64,000 bases of DNA from a virus. The stretch lies in the IMG/VR virus record IMGVR_UViG_3300025450_000016; one strand, given 5' to 3'. A program made the position numbers and the translations under genes. This document shows positions 35,713-45,430 of this stretch, piece after piece (the stretch's first letter is position 1; each line of letters opens with the position of its first letter). Under the pieces are notes generated by a model, which worked only from the letters and a program-made list of their open reading frames with translations, had not been told where the DNA came from and made no database searches.

Positions 35713-37030
35713 CGTTTAATTCCTTAAATTCAGGAAATAAATCCCAGAAACATTCATTTCGTACTGCGTCTAGTTTGGCAGTTTCTTCTACAAACCGTGG
35801 CCAATGTTTGGTACCATCAGTGCCGCGCATTAGACTCAGTAAACTTTGATATCCTGTGGTAGCACGACGCAAACTGTCTTGTGGATCTAACCACTCAATA
35901 TGACGTTCATATGCCGGATAGATGACACGCTGTTTAAACTCCTCCGGGAAGATATCAATTCTATACCATTCGGGACTTTGGCAAATGTTGATATTCCAAT
36001 CCTTGGCTTGAATCAATCCCAACCGAGTCCATTCCTGATGGAAGTCCAGCACGTGTAGTACATTCATTGAGCTAACAGTTGAGCTTACATAAAAATCCAC
36101 GTGTGGCACTTCTGCCATCATACGTTCGCGGTTTTCTACTGTTTGACGCCAGTCTGCACCTTTGCGTATAAGTTCTGCTTGAGGACCCATACCATCTAGA
36201 CTAGCACCTACTGAAACATTCTTAAAGTGTTTCCAATATTCAAACACGTGCTTGTCTTTGTAACGCATTTCACTGAAGTTTGTATTGTATTGAATACGTA
36301 CATCAGTTTTGCCGGCATCAATTAGCTTTTCTAATAAAGCATAATGCTCTTTCATAATTAACGGCTCGCCGCCAGCAAAGTAAACCTGTTCTAGATACGG
36401 AACGTGCTCAAGCATTTGCTCTTGCATTGCATCCTCGTCTCCTGCAGCGTACTCCACTCGTGACATATCACGACCAAGCACATCTGGAACGCGGTTATAT
36501 AACTTAACGTGATCGTTGTACCAGTTGCTACTGAAAATAGGACCGCAGGAACGACAGCGGAAATTGCAGAGATTACTAAAACGCACATCCCAATACCTAA
36601 TCTTGAATTCAGGATGTGTGCCATCATCTTGTGTCGCATTTGTTTCCTTAATTAAATGTCCGTAGTTACGATTACTATCGTTACGCATACTAAACGCACC
36701 GTGCCGCTCTTGCTCGTAGCACTTGGTACATTCTTTACTGGGTTGATCTGCAAGCATATTGACACGCAACTGCCGGTACCGGTCTTGGTTCCACACTTCT
36801 CGCATTGTGTGTTGACGTAAGTCGCCCACTGGATGCCAATAGTCAGCCAAACAGCAAGGATACACACGACCGTCTGGGAAGGCGTGCATATGAGTCCAAG
36901 GCAACATACAGAATGTTTCGCTCTGAGTCAAGCGATGCCACTCTTGTTCTGTCAATTCTGTGCGTTCAATGAAATAAGGCGCACGAGCATTGTAGTCGTA
37001 ACCCTTGTTGTAAAAATCTTGTTTGCTCAT
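35705..37030 (-). CDS. Radical SAM protein with N-terminal twitch domain
   Basis: CMLPW..YPCC..CTKC; CNFRCRSC; GGEPL. Confidence 0.93.
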   Translation of the reverse strand: MSKQDFYNKGYDYNARAPYFIERTELTEQEWHRLTQSETFCMLPWTHMHAFPDGRVYPCCLADYWHPVGDLRQHTMREVWNQDRYRQLRVNMLADQPSKECTKCYEQERHGAFSMRNDSNRNYGHLIKETNATQDDGTHPEFKIRYWDVRFSNLCNFRCRSCGPIFSSNWYNDHVKLYNRVPDVLGRDMSRVEYAAGDEDAMQEQMLEHVPYLEQVYFAGGEPLIMKEHYALLEKLIDAGKTDVRIQYNTNFSEMRYKDKHVFEYWKHFKNVSVGASLDGMGPQAELIRKGADWRQTVENRERMMAEVPHVDFYVSSTVSSMNVLHVLDFHQEWTRLGLIQAKDWNINICQSPEWYRIDIFPEEFKQRVIYPAYERHIEWLDPQDSLRRATTGYQSLLSLMRGTDGTKHWPRFVEETAKLDAVRNECFWDLFPEFKELNGG

Positions 37031-38376
37031 AACGTGTTGTACCAGCCTGCCAAGGCAGGAAATGTTGCTGTGAAGTTTTTACCGCGACGCTGGTCATACT
37101 GTGTATAAAACTTCTTAAAGTCTTGTTGTAGTACTGATTGTTCTGCAGCATCTGCGTGTGGTGTTTTGACCACATCCAAATAGTCAATCAAGCGTTGCAG
37201 TTGATTGCGTTCATACTCGTGCAAGAATTCGTCATTGCTGTTTGTGTCTAACCAATCTTGCAAGCGAATTTTGTAGTGTGTTCGTAATACATCTGGAAGA
37301 ACCAGTGGACTTTGAAAACTTGGAAATCTTAAAATATTTAGCGAGAAACTAGGGAAGTTCTTTCCGTACTCACGTTTCCAATTCATACAGCACTCTAAGA
37401 AACTGTCTAGTGTGTCTAAACACAAGGCATTGATAGTACACATCACGTGGAAGCCACGTAGTTTACCTGAGTCCATAATCTTTTCACAGTTGTTGGCCCA
37501 GTCGTCCCAGACAAGTCCATCGCGTATGTATTCGGCTTGTAGACCGATGCTTTCATTACTGGTATATAAGTCAACAGTGACTCCATCAATGGCTGCTAGC
37601 AAACGATTTACGTCTACATCAGTACCTAGGTTACTGTTAATAGCAAGACGTGTAGAACTCTTGCCTTTGTTAGTTTTAAACCATTCAATTAGTTTCCAGG
37701 TCTCTGGCGACATAAGTGGCTCACCGCCAGTGATACGTAATTCTTTTAATGTTCTGTGTAGATCTGTTTCCCACCATTTGTGAAATGCTTCTACATACGG
37801 GTTAACTTCGCCGAAGCGATAAAGTTGACTGCTATCGTGAGGGTGAGTAAAGTGGTTGCGGCCGTCGCTAACCAATTGGGTGTATGGCCCGTGTTGCTTA
37901 AGGTCACGTACCCAGCTACTACTAAAAGCAGGGTTGCAGTAGCTACAAGCAAATTGACAGGTACGGTCAAACGCGATTTCAAGTGTTTGTAAATCCACAT
38001 CTTCTTCTGCAGGAGTGTTGTAAGCAAGATCCAAATCCTTATCATCATATATAACAGTTTTGTACACACGGTCACTGATGTTGTCGCGACCAATGTCTTC
38101 AATCTTCCAACAGTATTCGCAACCGACAGGACGTTCGCCCCGTTGCATTTGAGCACGTTCTGATTTCTTTTTAGCGGTATTATGTAATGCCTTGGGATTG
38201 GCACGTACTTCGTCAACACTAACCTGATGTGGCAACGGGTGATGGCAACTAGTAGTTTGCCCTGACCCTAACCATATAGTAGCATTGTACCATTTGGCTC
38301 CGCAGAAGCTTTCCGACTTGATGTCGATCACCCGGCGTTTGTATTCTAAATCGGTTTCATTGTTAATTCTGGGCAT
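37027..38376 (-). CDS. Radical SAM protein with N-terminal twitch-like domain
   Basis: CGAKW..SCHH..CEYCW; CQFACSYC; GGEPL. Confidence 0.92.
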   Translation of the reverse strand: MPRINNETDLEYKRRVIDIKSESFCGAKWYNATIWLGSGQTTSCHHPLPHQVSVDEVRANPKALHNTAKKKSERAQMQRGERPVGCEYCWKIEDIGRDNISDRVYKTVIYDDKDLDLAYNTPAEEDVDLQTLEIAFDRTCQFACSYCNPAFSSSWVRDLKQHGPYTQLVSDGRNHFTHPHDSSQLYRFGEVNPYVEAFHKWWETDLHRTLKELRITGGEPLMSPETWKLIEWFKTNKGKSSTRLAINSNLGTDVDVNRLLAAIDGVTVDLYTSNESIGLQAEYIRDGLVWDDWANNCEKIMDSGKLRGFHVMCTINALCLDTLDSFLECCMNWKREYGKNFPSFSLNILRFPSFQSPLVLPDVLRTHYKIRLQDWLDTNSNDEFLHEYERNQLQRLIDYLDVVKTPHADAAEQSVLQQDFKKFYTQYDQRRGKNFTATFPALAGWYNTL

Positions 38377-39748
38377 AGTATCGGCATTCGTTCCAAAATT
38401 CCCGCATCTCTGGGAAAGTTTCTAAAAAGTCGGTGTTGCGTCGTTGATCGTGTTCGTGGAAAAATCTATAAAAATCTGCACGTTGTAGTTTAACATATCC
38501 TGGATCCAAATTGCGACCTTCCTTCATCCAATCAATATCGCGGCGCATACGTTGTACTTCGTAGTCCTTGAATCCGTGAAATGGATCTTCGGCAGTTTCC
38601 AAATTCAGTTCCATCCAGTCAGCCACACGTTCCAATACCCCCACGTAAACTTCAGGCAAGATTTGTAAACTTTGCCAACGCGGTTGACGTAGTAACGGAG
38701 TATCAAACCAAACACGTTGATATGTGGTACTGTGCGTTCTGCGTAGACTCAAAATATAATCTAGCTGTCGTTGTAAACCCAATACGCTTAGGTTATTCAT
38801 TGTGATAATAAATGTAAGACTGTTGCGATAAGGAACTTCTGTCAGGTAACGTTCAACATAGCTGACCAGACGATTCATATTCAAACCGTTGCGTATGTAT
38901 TCTGCGTGAGCTGGTATACCTGAGTCTAAACTCACGTACTGCATAAAGTGTTCAATTTGAGTTGAACACAAGCGTTTTACATAATCTAGATAGCGTTCAA
39001 ACAATGCTGGTTCTACGCTGAAGTTTGATGTCACATTCAGGTGCAATTCAGGATTAGGCAAGGCCAACACATAGTCAAATACCTTGAATGTGTTACGATC
39101 CATCAGGGGTTCGCCACCGGTCATACGGAAATGTTTCAGTTGCGGATAAAGTGTAGGCCACCAGGCCCAAAATGCATCAACATAAGGATTATCTTGGGAA
39201 TGAGGAATAGGCCTGTTGCGACCAACAAAATGGCTAGCATCGTTATGAACAGTACTGGTTGGGTATCCGCCAAACCTATCAACTTCTTGCTGCCAGCTAC
39301 TACTAAACTGGGGACTACAATAACTGCATTTGAGATTACACGCATGATTAAAGTTAACTTCGACGTACGACGGAACAACGTCGTCTTCATTTCCGGCACT
39401 GGATCTAATAGGTTCATAATCTTCTGCTGCCCAAGGCTCTCCTGATCTATAATGTCTATCGCTTAGGTTACCCAAGTCTTCTTGTGTCCAGCAATAGCTA
39501 CATTCTTGTGGACGTTCGTCTTTGAGCATAATAACACGTTGCTTTTTCTTATGCTCGGTATTGTGTAATGCACCCGGATTGTCTTTTAATACTGCGGGAT
39601 CAATTTGATGCAAGGGCGGATGATAGCAACTGTTGTTGAGTCCTGTAGGCAAGTGTAGACTCACCTGTTTCCATTTGGCCAAACAGAGTGCTGGTCCTAA
39701 TTTTTCTTTCATCTGCTCAGCGGCAGACATAAAGTCGCTTTTACTCAA
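38363..39748 (-). CDS. Radical SAM protein with N-terminal twitch-like domain
   Basis: CLAKW..SCYH..CSYCW; CNLKCSYC; GGEPL. Confidence 0.92.
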   Translation of the reverse strand: MSKSDFMSAAEQMKEKLGPALCLAKWKQVSLHLPTGLNNSCYHPPLHQIDPAVLKDNPGALHNTEHKKKQRVIMLKDERPQECSYCWTQEDLGNLSDRHYRSGEPWAAEDYEPIRSSAGNEDDVVPSYVEVNFNHACNLKCSYCSPQFSSSWQQEVDRFGGYPTSTVHNDASHFVGRNRPIPHSQDNPYVDAFWAWWPTLYPQLKHFRMTGGEPLMDRNTFKVFDYVLALPNPELHLNVTSNFSVEPALFERYLDYVKRLCSTQIEHFMQYVSLDSGIPAHAEYIRNGLNMNRLVSYVERYLTEVPYRNSLTFIITMNNLSVLGLQRQLDYILSLRRTHSTTYQRVWFDTPLLRQPRWQSLQILPEVYVGVLERVADWMELNLETAEDPFHGFKDYEVQRMRRDIDWMKEGRNLDPGYVKLQRADFYRFFHEHDQRRNTDFLETFPEMREFWNECRYYAQN

Positions 39749-40458
39749 ACCAAGTTTCTCTCTTTAAGGTTAGCAATAAGGTATTTGACAAATTCTGTAT
39801 GCGCTTCAGGACCGGGATGGGTTGGATCGGCCCAGCTGTCAATTTCGCCAGCAATCTTGTGCGGAGTTTGTAACACTAGGTTTTGTTTGTCGATCATATC
39901 ATACAAGTGTGAATTGACTCGCAGATCTTTTAACTCTCTCACAGAACAAAACAGGTATGGCTGATTCATTGATTTTAATACACCTTGCAGTCCTATAATT
40001 TTGGTAAGACTTCTATGATAATGGCTTTCATAATCGGTATGATTGTAAAATTCGTCAAACAGTTGTTTGACGCTTTCACCTTCGTTATTGATGTAACCGC
40101 AACCAAATACCCAATCCTTTTCCACATAGTCTTGATCGTTTTCAGGCCAAATAACTTTGCTGGGCCAATCATTCTGTCGGCTTTGATATAGGCTGGTGTA
40201 AGTAGTATCAGCAAATTTGGTGATGTCTCTGACTTTGATATCAAACCGTCTAAAGTCGCACCACATGACCATTACTAGATCGTATTTTCTTTGTGCTAAC
40301 TCGGATATGGTAGTGGCATAGATATATTCGTTACCTGCTCCGGCCTGTGCAAGATTGATAATATCGCACTCGATATTTTGTTCCAGTTGCTCTTGTAGTA
40401 TATAAGGCCACGATCCAGCACCTCTAGCAACACTGGGTCCATTGACTAAAATTTTCAT
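39745..40458 (-). CDS. SGNH-like protein
   Basis: NGPS..G, NLA..GAGN.YI, W....R.D, D..HPG..AH. Confidence 0.7.
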   Translation of the reverse strand: MKILVNGPSVARGAGSWPYILQEQLEQNIECDIINLAQAGAGNEYIYATTISELAQRKYDLVMVMWCDFRRFDIKVRDITKFADTTYTSLYQSRQNDWPSKVIWPENDQDYVEKDWVFGCGYINNEGESVKQLFDEFYNHTDYESHYHRSLTKIIGLQGVLKSMNQPYLFCSVRELKDLRVNSHLYDMIDKQNLVLQTPHKIAGEIDSWADPTHPGPEAHTEFVKYLIANLKERNLV

Positions 40459-41355
40459 TTAAAATCTCCTGGGTAATTGTGGGCCGGCCCATACACGGCC
40501 AAGTGGTTGTTTGGTCATTATCATTTCATTCACTGTATTGGTCCACTCTACTGTATTGCTGTTAATTTCTATTTCAGGTGCTACCGTATTCAAGTACAAC
40601 AAGTATTCGGCTGGCATTGGATGTGTGTTGGTTCTAAATAACAAACGCTTGCTGAATTGATGTTTTTCGTTGATCTCTACCTTGACACGATTGTCGACTC
40701 CACTAAAGTCCTGCTGAACAAATTGTTCCCACGTTGGCCAATTGGCGCCACGTAAAACTGTGTATTCTTGTTCAAGTCCTTTTATGTCTACATACCCCTT
40801 GCGACTGTACCAATCAAAATTGAATATTGCTTCGTATACGCTGGGTTTAACTGCAGCTAGTTCGTTGGCGTATAGTGTGGTTATTTCGTTGTCTATACTA
40901 AAAATTTTAAAAATATTATCATCAGGTACATTAAACGGCACTATACTAAAAAACTTGTACTCACAGCCAATTGAATCCAGTACAGCTTTAGCCGCAGACA
41001 AGTGTGCCATATCTCGAATTAGGTAGCCGGTGGGGTCGGCAAATTTTGCAACAAAATCTTCGCTGTAGGTTGTTTGATTATAGATACTACCCGGAGTAAT
41101 CCATTGTTCACTTGCAACCCAACGGTCCTCGCGGCCTATGCTGCTCCACATAATCATCACAACATCATCCCGGGTGATACGGTTACGTTTGTGGCATTCC
41201 ATTAGGCTATAAAAAATAAAACTATTGCCTGCACCATCTTGTCCCCAATTGGAATACGATTTGTACTGACGTCCCACTATGTCGGCCCAGGTTGGATAGT
41301 ATATGCTGTTAGTAAAGCTACAGCCAAATGCAAAGAATCTTTGATCTTGTTTCAT
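40459..41355 (-). CDS. SGNH-like protein
   Basis: FGCSFT, W.D, GAGN, MWS...RED, C-terminal HP. Confidence 0.7.
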   Translation of the reverse strand: MKQDQRFFAFGCSFTNSIYYPTWADIVGRQYKSYSNWGQDGAGNSFIFYSLMECHKRNRITRDDVVMIMWSSIGREDRWVASEQWITPGSIYNQTTYSEDFVAKFADPTGYLIRDMAHLSAAKAVLDSIGCEYKFFSIVPFNVPDDNIFKIFSIDNEITTLYANELAAVKPSVYEAIFNFDWYSRKGYVDIKGLEQEYTVLRGANWPTWEQFVQQDFSGVDNRVKVEINEKHQFSKRLLFRTNTHPMPAEYLLYLNTVAPEIEINSNTVEWTNTVNEMIMTKQPLGRVWAGPQLPRRF

Positions 41356-42191
41356 TTTGTAATTACGTTATTGTAATGTAAAACTATGCTTTCGTCATCC
41401 TTGGCTGTGGGGCACATAGTACATACACGATGTGGTCGACCATAATTGTTGAGGAATGCTGCAATTGCCTCATCTGGGCTATCGGGTGTAATGTACTGCC
41501 CGCGATATGGTTTCCACGCCGGATCTGTTATGCCAAAACGATCTAGTGTTTGTTCTAACCCGCCCAACGTACTACACTTGTACAACTTGCCCTGAAACAT
41601 CAGCGGACATTTTTGTTGCATACAAATTTCAAACGATTCTGCTGGATTACTATTAAACGGCATCATATTTGGATAGTCGTTCTTATAGTACTTGATAAAT
41701 GTCAGTGGGCGATTGACTTGAAATCGCAGGCCGTTTGTGGTCTTGTAACGATAGATGCCAAACTCGTACACAGGTTCCCATTTGTACATTGAAAATATTT
41801 TGCGTATCACTGCTTCTACACGCTCACTGTGTTGATGTGCAGTAATCTTAAAAACAAAGTTACCCACTTCGTGTGCTGTTTCTAATACATCCAAGTGTCG
41901 GTCCAGCAGTTCACCGTTGGTACTAAAGCGTATGGGACTTGTAGGCAACAGTTCTCTTAGTCCACGTATCCATTGCTTGAGCTCGGGATTGATCAAGGGT
42001 TCGCCGCCCATGATGCCAAAGTCTTCGATATCCATACGTGGCAACCAAGATTCAATTTCTCTGCGACCGTCCTCCCATTTGACATAACCTGTGTGCTTTA
42101 GGTCAGCGTAATTGCTGCACCCAAGACAACTTAGATTACAGAATTGTGTAACCATCATTTCTACAAACGGCAAGTGGTGTTTAGTTGTCAT
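41352..42191 (-). CDS. Radical SAM protein with C-terminal Cys cluster
   Basis: CNLSCLGC, GGEPL, TNG; C....C.....LYKC...C..C. Confidence 0.9.
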   Translation of the reverse strand: MTTKHHLPFVEMMVTQFCNLSCLGCSNYADLKHTGYVKWEDGRREIESWLPRMDIEDFGIMGGEPLINPELKQWIRGLRELLPTSPIRFSTNGELLDRHLDVLETAHEVGNFVFKITAHQHSERVEAVIRKIFSMYKWEPVYEFGIYRYKTTNGLRFQVNRPLTFIKYYKNDYPNMMPFNSNPAESFEICMQQKCPLMFQGKLYKCSTLGGLEQTLDRFGITDPAWKPYRGQYITPDSPDEAIAAFLNNYGRPHRVCTMCPTAKDDESIVLHYNNVITK

Positions 42192-43248
42192 TTACAAAGA
42201 TCTTTTCTACAGTGGTAGTAGTCAACGACAAAAGTGTTTGATAGTTGTGCTCAAATATTTCTTGCATATCTGCAAGTGCTCGGGCCATTTCAGCCGGAGT
42301 CCAACGACTTATTGTTTCTAATAATTTACTAACTTCGTGAATACGATTGGCTAATCCGTACTCGTCGTATCCTTCATCCCAATACTTGTTAAAAGTACAA
42401 AATCCTAAACGACGAAGATTGGCCAAATGATTGCGAGGAGTAACTGAAACAAAAGGTCTACGTGCAATCATTGGTCGCCAGGTCTTTTCAGTACAAAAGA
42501 AAACACCATCGGCCATATAAGTTTCGTGTGCCACATCAACAAAAATTGAATTGTAATAATTCAGTATGTTTAAATTGTTAGGCATCTGTATAGGATAACA
42601 ATCTTGACTTTGGTTGATGTAGTTGCCTTTGCCAGAGATAAACTCCACGTCCTCGGCAATGGTTCTAGGGCAGTCTTGTAAAAACGCAACCACCTCAGGC
42701 AATATGTCACAACCAAACTCAACCAAATCTTCTAGTCCCACGTAATCAACAAGGTCCTCGGATTTTCTCAGATAATGTGTGCCTATTCCGCAATTATAAG
42801 TTTGCAAAGTTTTGTCTGCGTAACGACTGTGTAACAATGCAGCTGTCCATAATCGGTTCCAGTTACTTTTGCCAACAAAATGACCAAAATGATATGTTGG
42901 AGCAAATTCTGGTGTGACAGGATTTTGTCTTATCCATCCACGTATGCGAGTCAGTTCATACCAGGCTGTGGCCACACGTTGTATCTGATACGATTCATGA
43001 TTCTCCAGCATATTGCCAGTGCGTATGGTAACACGCTGTTTGGCATAACCGGTATGATCGCAAAATCTATCTAGTACATTGTATAGACCATTGGCTCTAA
43101 ATGATGCTGCTTCGGGAGTGATGTCAATCACAATGTTTTGATCGTTTTTTAAACAATCGTACATATAGTGTACCAGGGCATCTTTTAACCAAGTCTTGTA
43201 GTCGCTGCCGGCGGCCACACGATATGATCCAGTTGTTTCATTCAACAT
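42181..43248 (-). CDS. GT10-like TEK-motif glycosyltransferase
   Basis: HET......FF.TEKTWRP.....PF......L..LR.LGF.TF..YWDEGYD. Confidence 0.6.
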   Translation of the reverse strand: MLNETTGSYRVAAGSDYKTWLKDALVHYMYDCLKNDQNIVIDITPEAASFRANGLYNVLDRFCDHTGYAKQRVTIRTGNMLENHESYQIQRVATAWYELTRIRGWIRQNPVTPEFAPTYHFGHFVGKSNWNRLWTAALLHSRYADKTLQTYNCGIGTHYLRKSEDLVDYVGLEDLVEFGCDILPEVVAFLQDCPRTIAEDVEFISGKGNYINQSQDCYPIQMPNNLNILNYYNSIFVDVAHETYMADGVFFCTEKTWRPMIARRPFVSVTPRNHLANLRRLGFCTFNKYWDEGYDEYGLANRIHEVSKLLETISRWTPAEMARALADMQEIFEHNYQTLLSLTTTTVEKIFVNDN

Positions 43249-44191
43249 AATTTATGGTTTTTGAAAACTTTTTTTCGATTAGTAAATTGTAATTGTGATC
43301 TAGTATTGGTTGCATATCAGCGTACATTTGTGCCAGCTGATCTGTTGATCGAGACGATAGCGTATCAATAAGATCGAGAATCTTAGTATATTTATGTTTA
43401 ATTCCGTAGCCATCATAGTCTTCATTCCAGAAGCTGCCAAATGTTCTAAAGCCCATTTGTCTTAGATGTATCAGGTGGCATTTTGGTCCCATTGTTATAA
43501 ACGGTTTTTTTAACAGCATTGGGCGAATGGTTTTTTCTGTGGGAAAAAAATTACGTCCATTCACAAAAGTTTCAGCCACTATGTCTATTAGAAAGTCTTG
43601 ATAAAAATTGGCCAATTGTTCTGTGTGCTGTTGAGTTGACACCCCAATGGTGTAACCATCTTGATTTTCAATTTGTACAGGGAAATGATCGGCGGCCAAT
43701 AAAAAGTTCCGGGCCGATGGCAAATCAATTTCAAACAATCGTTGCATTTCAAATAACCGGCGGTCAACATCGTCGTGTGGATTAGAACGAAAATTAATTA
43801 CAGATTTGTCTGCGTGGTTAATTTGCAAATGCCCAGCAATGCCCATACGATTCCACGTGGCTCGATTATACAATGCACCAAATATTTTTCGACGATTCCA
43901 AACCTGATACGGTGTATAGTCTGTGTTGCCAGTGGTATAAAAGAATCTAAAAGCCGAATCGTGTACACGTATTTGATAAACCGGGTGATACTCAACCACG
44001 TTACCAGTCACAATAGTTACCGATTTGAATCTAAAACAATCCAGCAGTTCGTATATGCCCAGGGATTCCAAACACCCACCTTCGTAGTTGGTATTTAGAA
44101 TAATATTTTGATCTTGATTGCGAGCCAAAAAGGCAATCAGCTCCAGCCGATTGAATATATGGTTATCGTTGATGTTTAAAAATAGCGTCAT
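43238..44191 (-). CDS. GT10-like TEK-motif glycosyltransferase
   Basis: VAET......FPTEKT.RP....KPF...G......LR.MGF.TF..FW.EDYD. Confidence 0.6.
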   Translation of the reverse strand: MTLFLNINDNHIFNRLELIAFLARNQDQNIILNTNYEGGCLESLGIYELLDCFRFKSVTIVTGNVVEYHPVYQIRVHDSAFRFFYTTGNTDYTPYQVWNRRKIFGALYNRATWNRMGIAGHLQINHADKSVINFRSNPHDDVDRRLFEMQRLFEIDLPSARNFLLAADHFPVQIENQDGYTIGVSTQQHTEQLANFYQDFLIDIVAETFVNGRNFFPTEKTIRPMLLKKPFITMGPKCHLIHLRQMGFRTFGSFWNEDYDGYGIKHKYTKILDLIDTLSSRSTDQLAQMYADMQPILDHNYNLLIEKKFSKTINYVE

Positions 44192-45084
44192 TCCCTTGCC
44201 ATTGGTCCTTTATTTTTAAAATTACTACGATAGTGATATTTAAAAAAACGACTTTCCTCTGCATCCATATCCACAATAGGCAGACTCAAACGCATACGCA
44301 ATTTGTCTCCGATGTCTCGGCACTCGTCGGCGCCGTGGTCTTTGTATTGCAGCCATAGCTCTGCCAAGGCATCAAAATTTTGTACTTGGCGATAATCCCA
44401 GTCTCCCAGCATTGTCATATATGTGCCAAGACGTGCACCATATATGGCCCAAAAGCCATTGTTGGCATCTGCACCCACTGTTTGCCACACACACAAATGA
44501 TCGTAGTTGCGATTGTTAACCTTGCTTTCAAACTCCAGTAGGCTTGGCTTGGCTCCACGATCTAAACACATTTTAACACCTTCTCTAAATCCGGCACGCC
44601 AGGCTTGAAAAGGAGTGCCGTTGGGATAGGTGGTTGAATAGCAGTCGGCCATGGCCCAGTAGTTGGGATAAAAACAAAACTCCACATCGTTTTCTGCTGT
44701 GCCATCTGAGTTTTCGTGAGTACGCATTGCATAAACAAATTCTTTGGTCCAGCAACTCATACCACCGTTGCCGTACATCAATCCATTAACAGCGTTGCGA
44801 GCCCGCCAACGAAAAACGCAAGAGTCATTAGTATCATTGAGGGCCAATTGGAGATTGAAGAATTCAGGATCAGGAATGTTATCCCCATCGATAAGAACAA
44901 AACGGTCTGTGTCGCTAGCGTCTGCAGCCGCTTTGTGAGCGGCGTCACTGCCTTTAACTCCGTCCACTCTTTTGGCCCACGGAACCATGTTTGAGATTTG
45001 TATCCAGAATTCTTCTTTTCTTGGTTCGTCATAGGTTAAAAATATGCAGTCTAAATCTGCAATGTCAATTATTTTTGTACTCAT
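44188..45084 (-). CDS. GT-A-like glycosyltransferase
   Basis: D.IFL.YDEP, DGV.G..AAH.AAA..S.T..F..IDGDN (DxD motif). Confidence 0.65.
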   Translation of the reverse strand: MSTKIIDIADLDCIFLTYDEPRKEEFWIQISNMVPWAKRVDGVKGSDAAHKAAADASDTDRFVLIDGDNIPDPEFFNLQLALNDTNDSCVFRWRARNAVNGLMYGNGGMSCWTKEFVYAMRTHENSDGTAENDVEFCFYPNYWAMADCYSTTYPNGTPFQAWRAGFREGVKMCLDRGAKPSLLEFESKVNNRNYDHLCVWQTVGADANNGFWAIYGARLGTYMTMLGDWDYRQVQNFDALAELWLQYKDHGADECRDIGDKLRMRLSLPIVDMDAEESRFFKYHYRSNFKNKGPMARE

Positions 45085-45430
45085 AATATTCAGTTTCTTG
45101 TGCCGTTTCGTTTTCTTCCAATATTAGTCCTGCGTGATTTTTTACCACACAATGGCCTTTTGTGCCACGTTTCAATAGCACTCGGTACTTGTTGTCGGGG
45201 TCTTTTTTTACCAGTTTGCCATCAACTACAGTATATAAAAAATATGTATTGTAGATAGATTTATCAACCACTATGTAATTGCCAGACTCGGGGTGGTTTT
45301 GCATCGAGCAACCGACAATGTCTCCAAGCTCGTCATAATAAAATCTATGTTCAATCACCGGCACTGGTATTTCCTGTGCGGCCATTACTGCGTTAACTTC
45401 TTCCCAAAATTTAATTTCTTCTGGACTCAT
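45065..45430 (-). CDS. Hypothetical protein
   Basis: Coupled ORF; RFYYD..G.I, V.DGKLV. Confidence 0.7.
   Translation of the reverse strand: MSPEEIKFWEEVNAVMAAQEIPVPVIEHRFYYDELGDIVGCSMQNHPESGNYIVVDKSIYNTYFLYTVVDGKLVKKDPDNKYRVLLKRGTKGHCVVKNHAGLILEENETAQETEYYEYKNN

Noticed and set aside
3918-42191. A true aminoglycoside antibiotic cluster
   Set aside because: The family set is similar, but no 2-deoxy-scyllo-inosose synthase, exporter or resistance gene is visible; kept only as a chemical analogy
29110-42191. RiPP cluster (rSAM-SPASM maturases plus precursor peptide)
   Set aside because: No RRE/PqqD domain, leader peptidase or transporter recognised, and the context is dominated by sugar enzymes; not fully excluded
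31045-42191. 7-deazaguanine (QueE) or anaerobic RNR activase (NrdG) genes
   Set aside because: No FolE/QueD/QueC/DpdA or NrdD nearby, and the sizes and twitch domains do not fit
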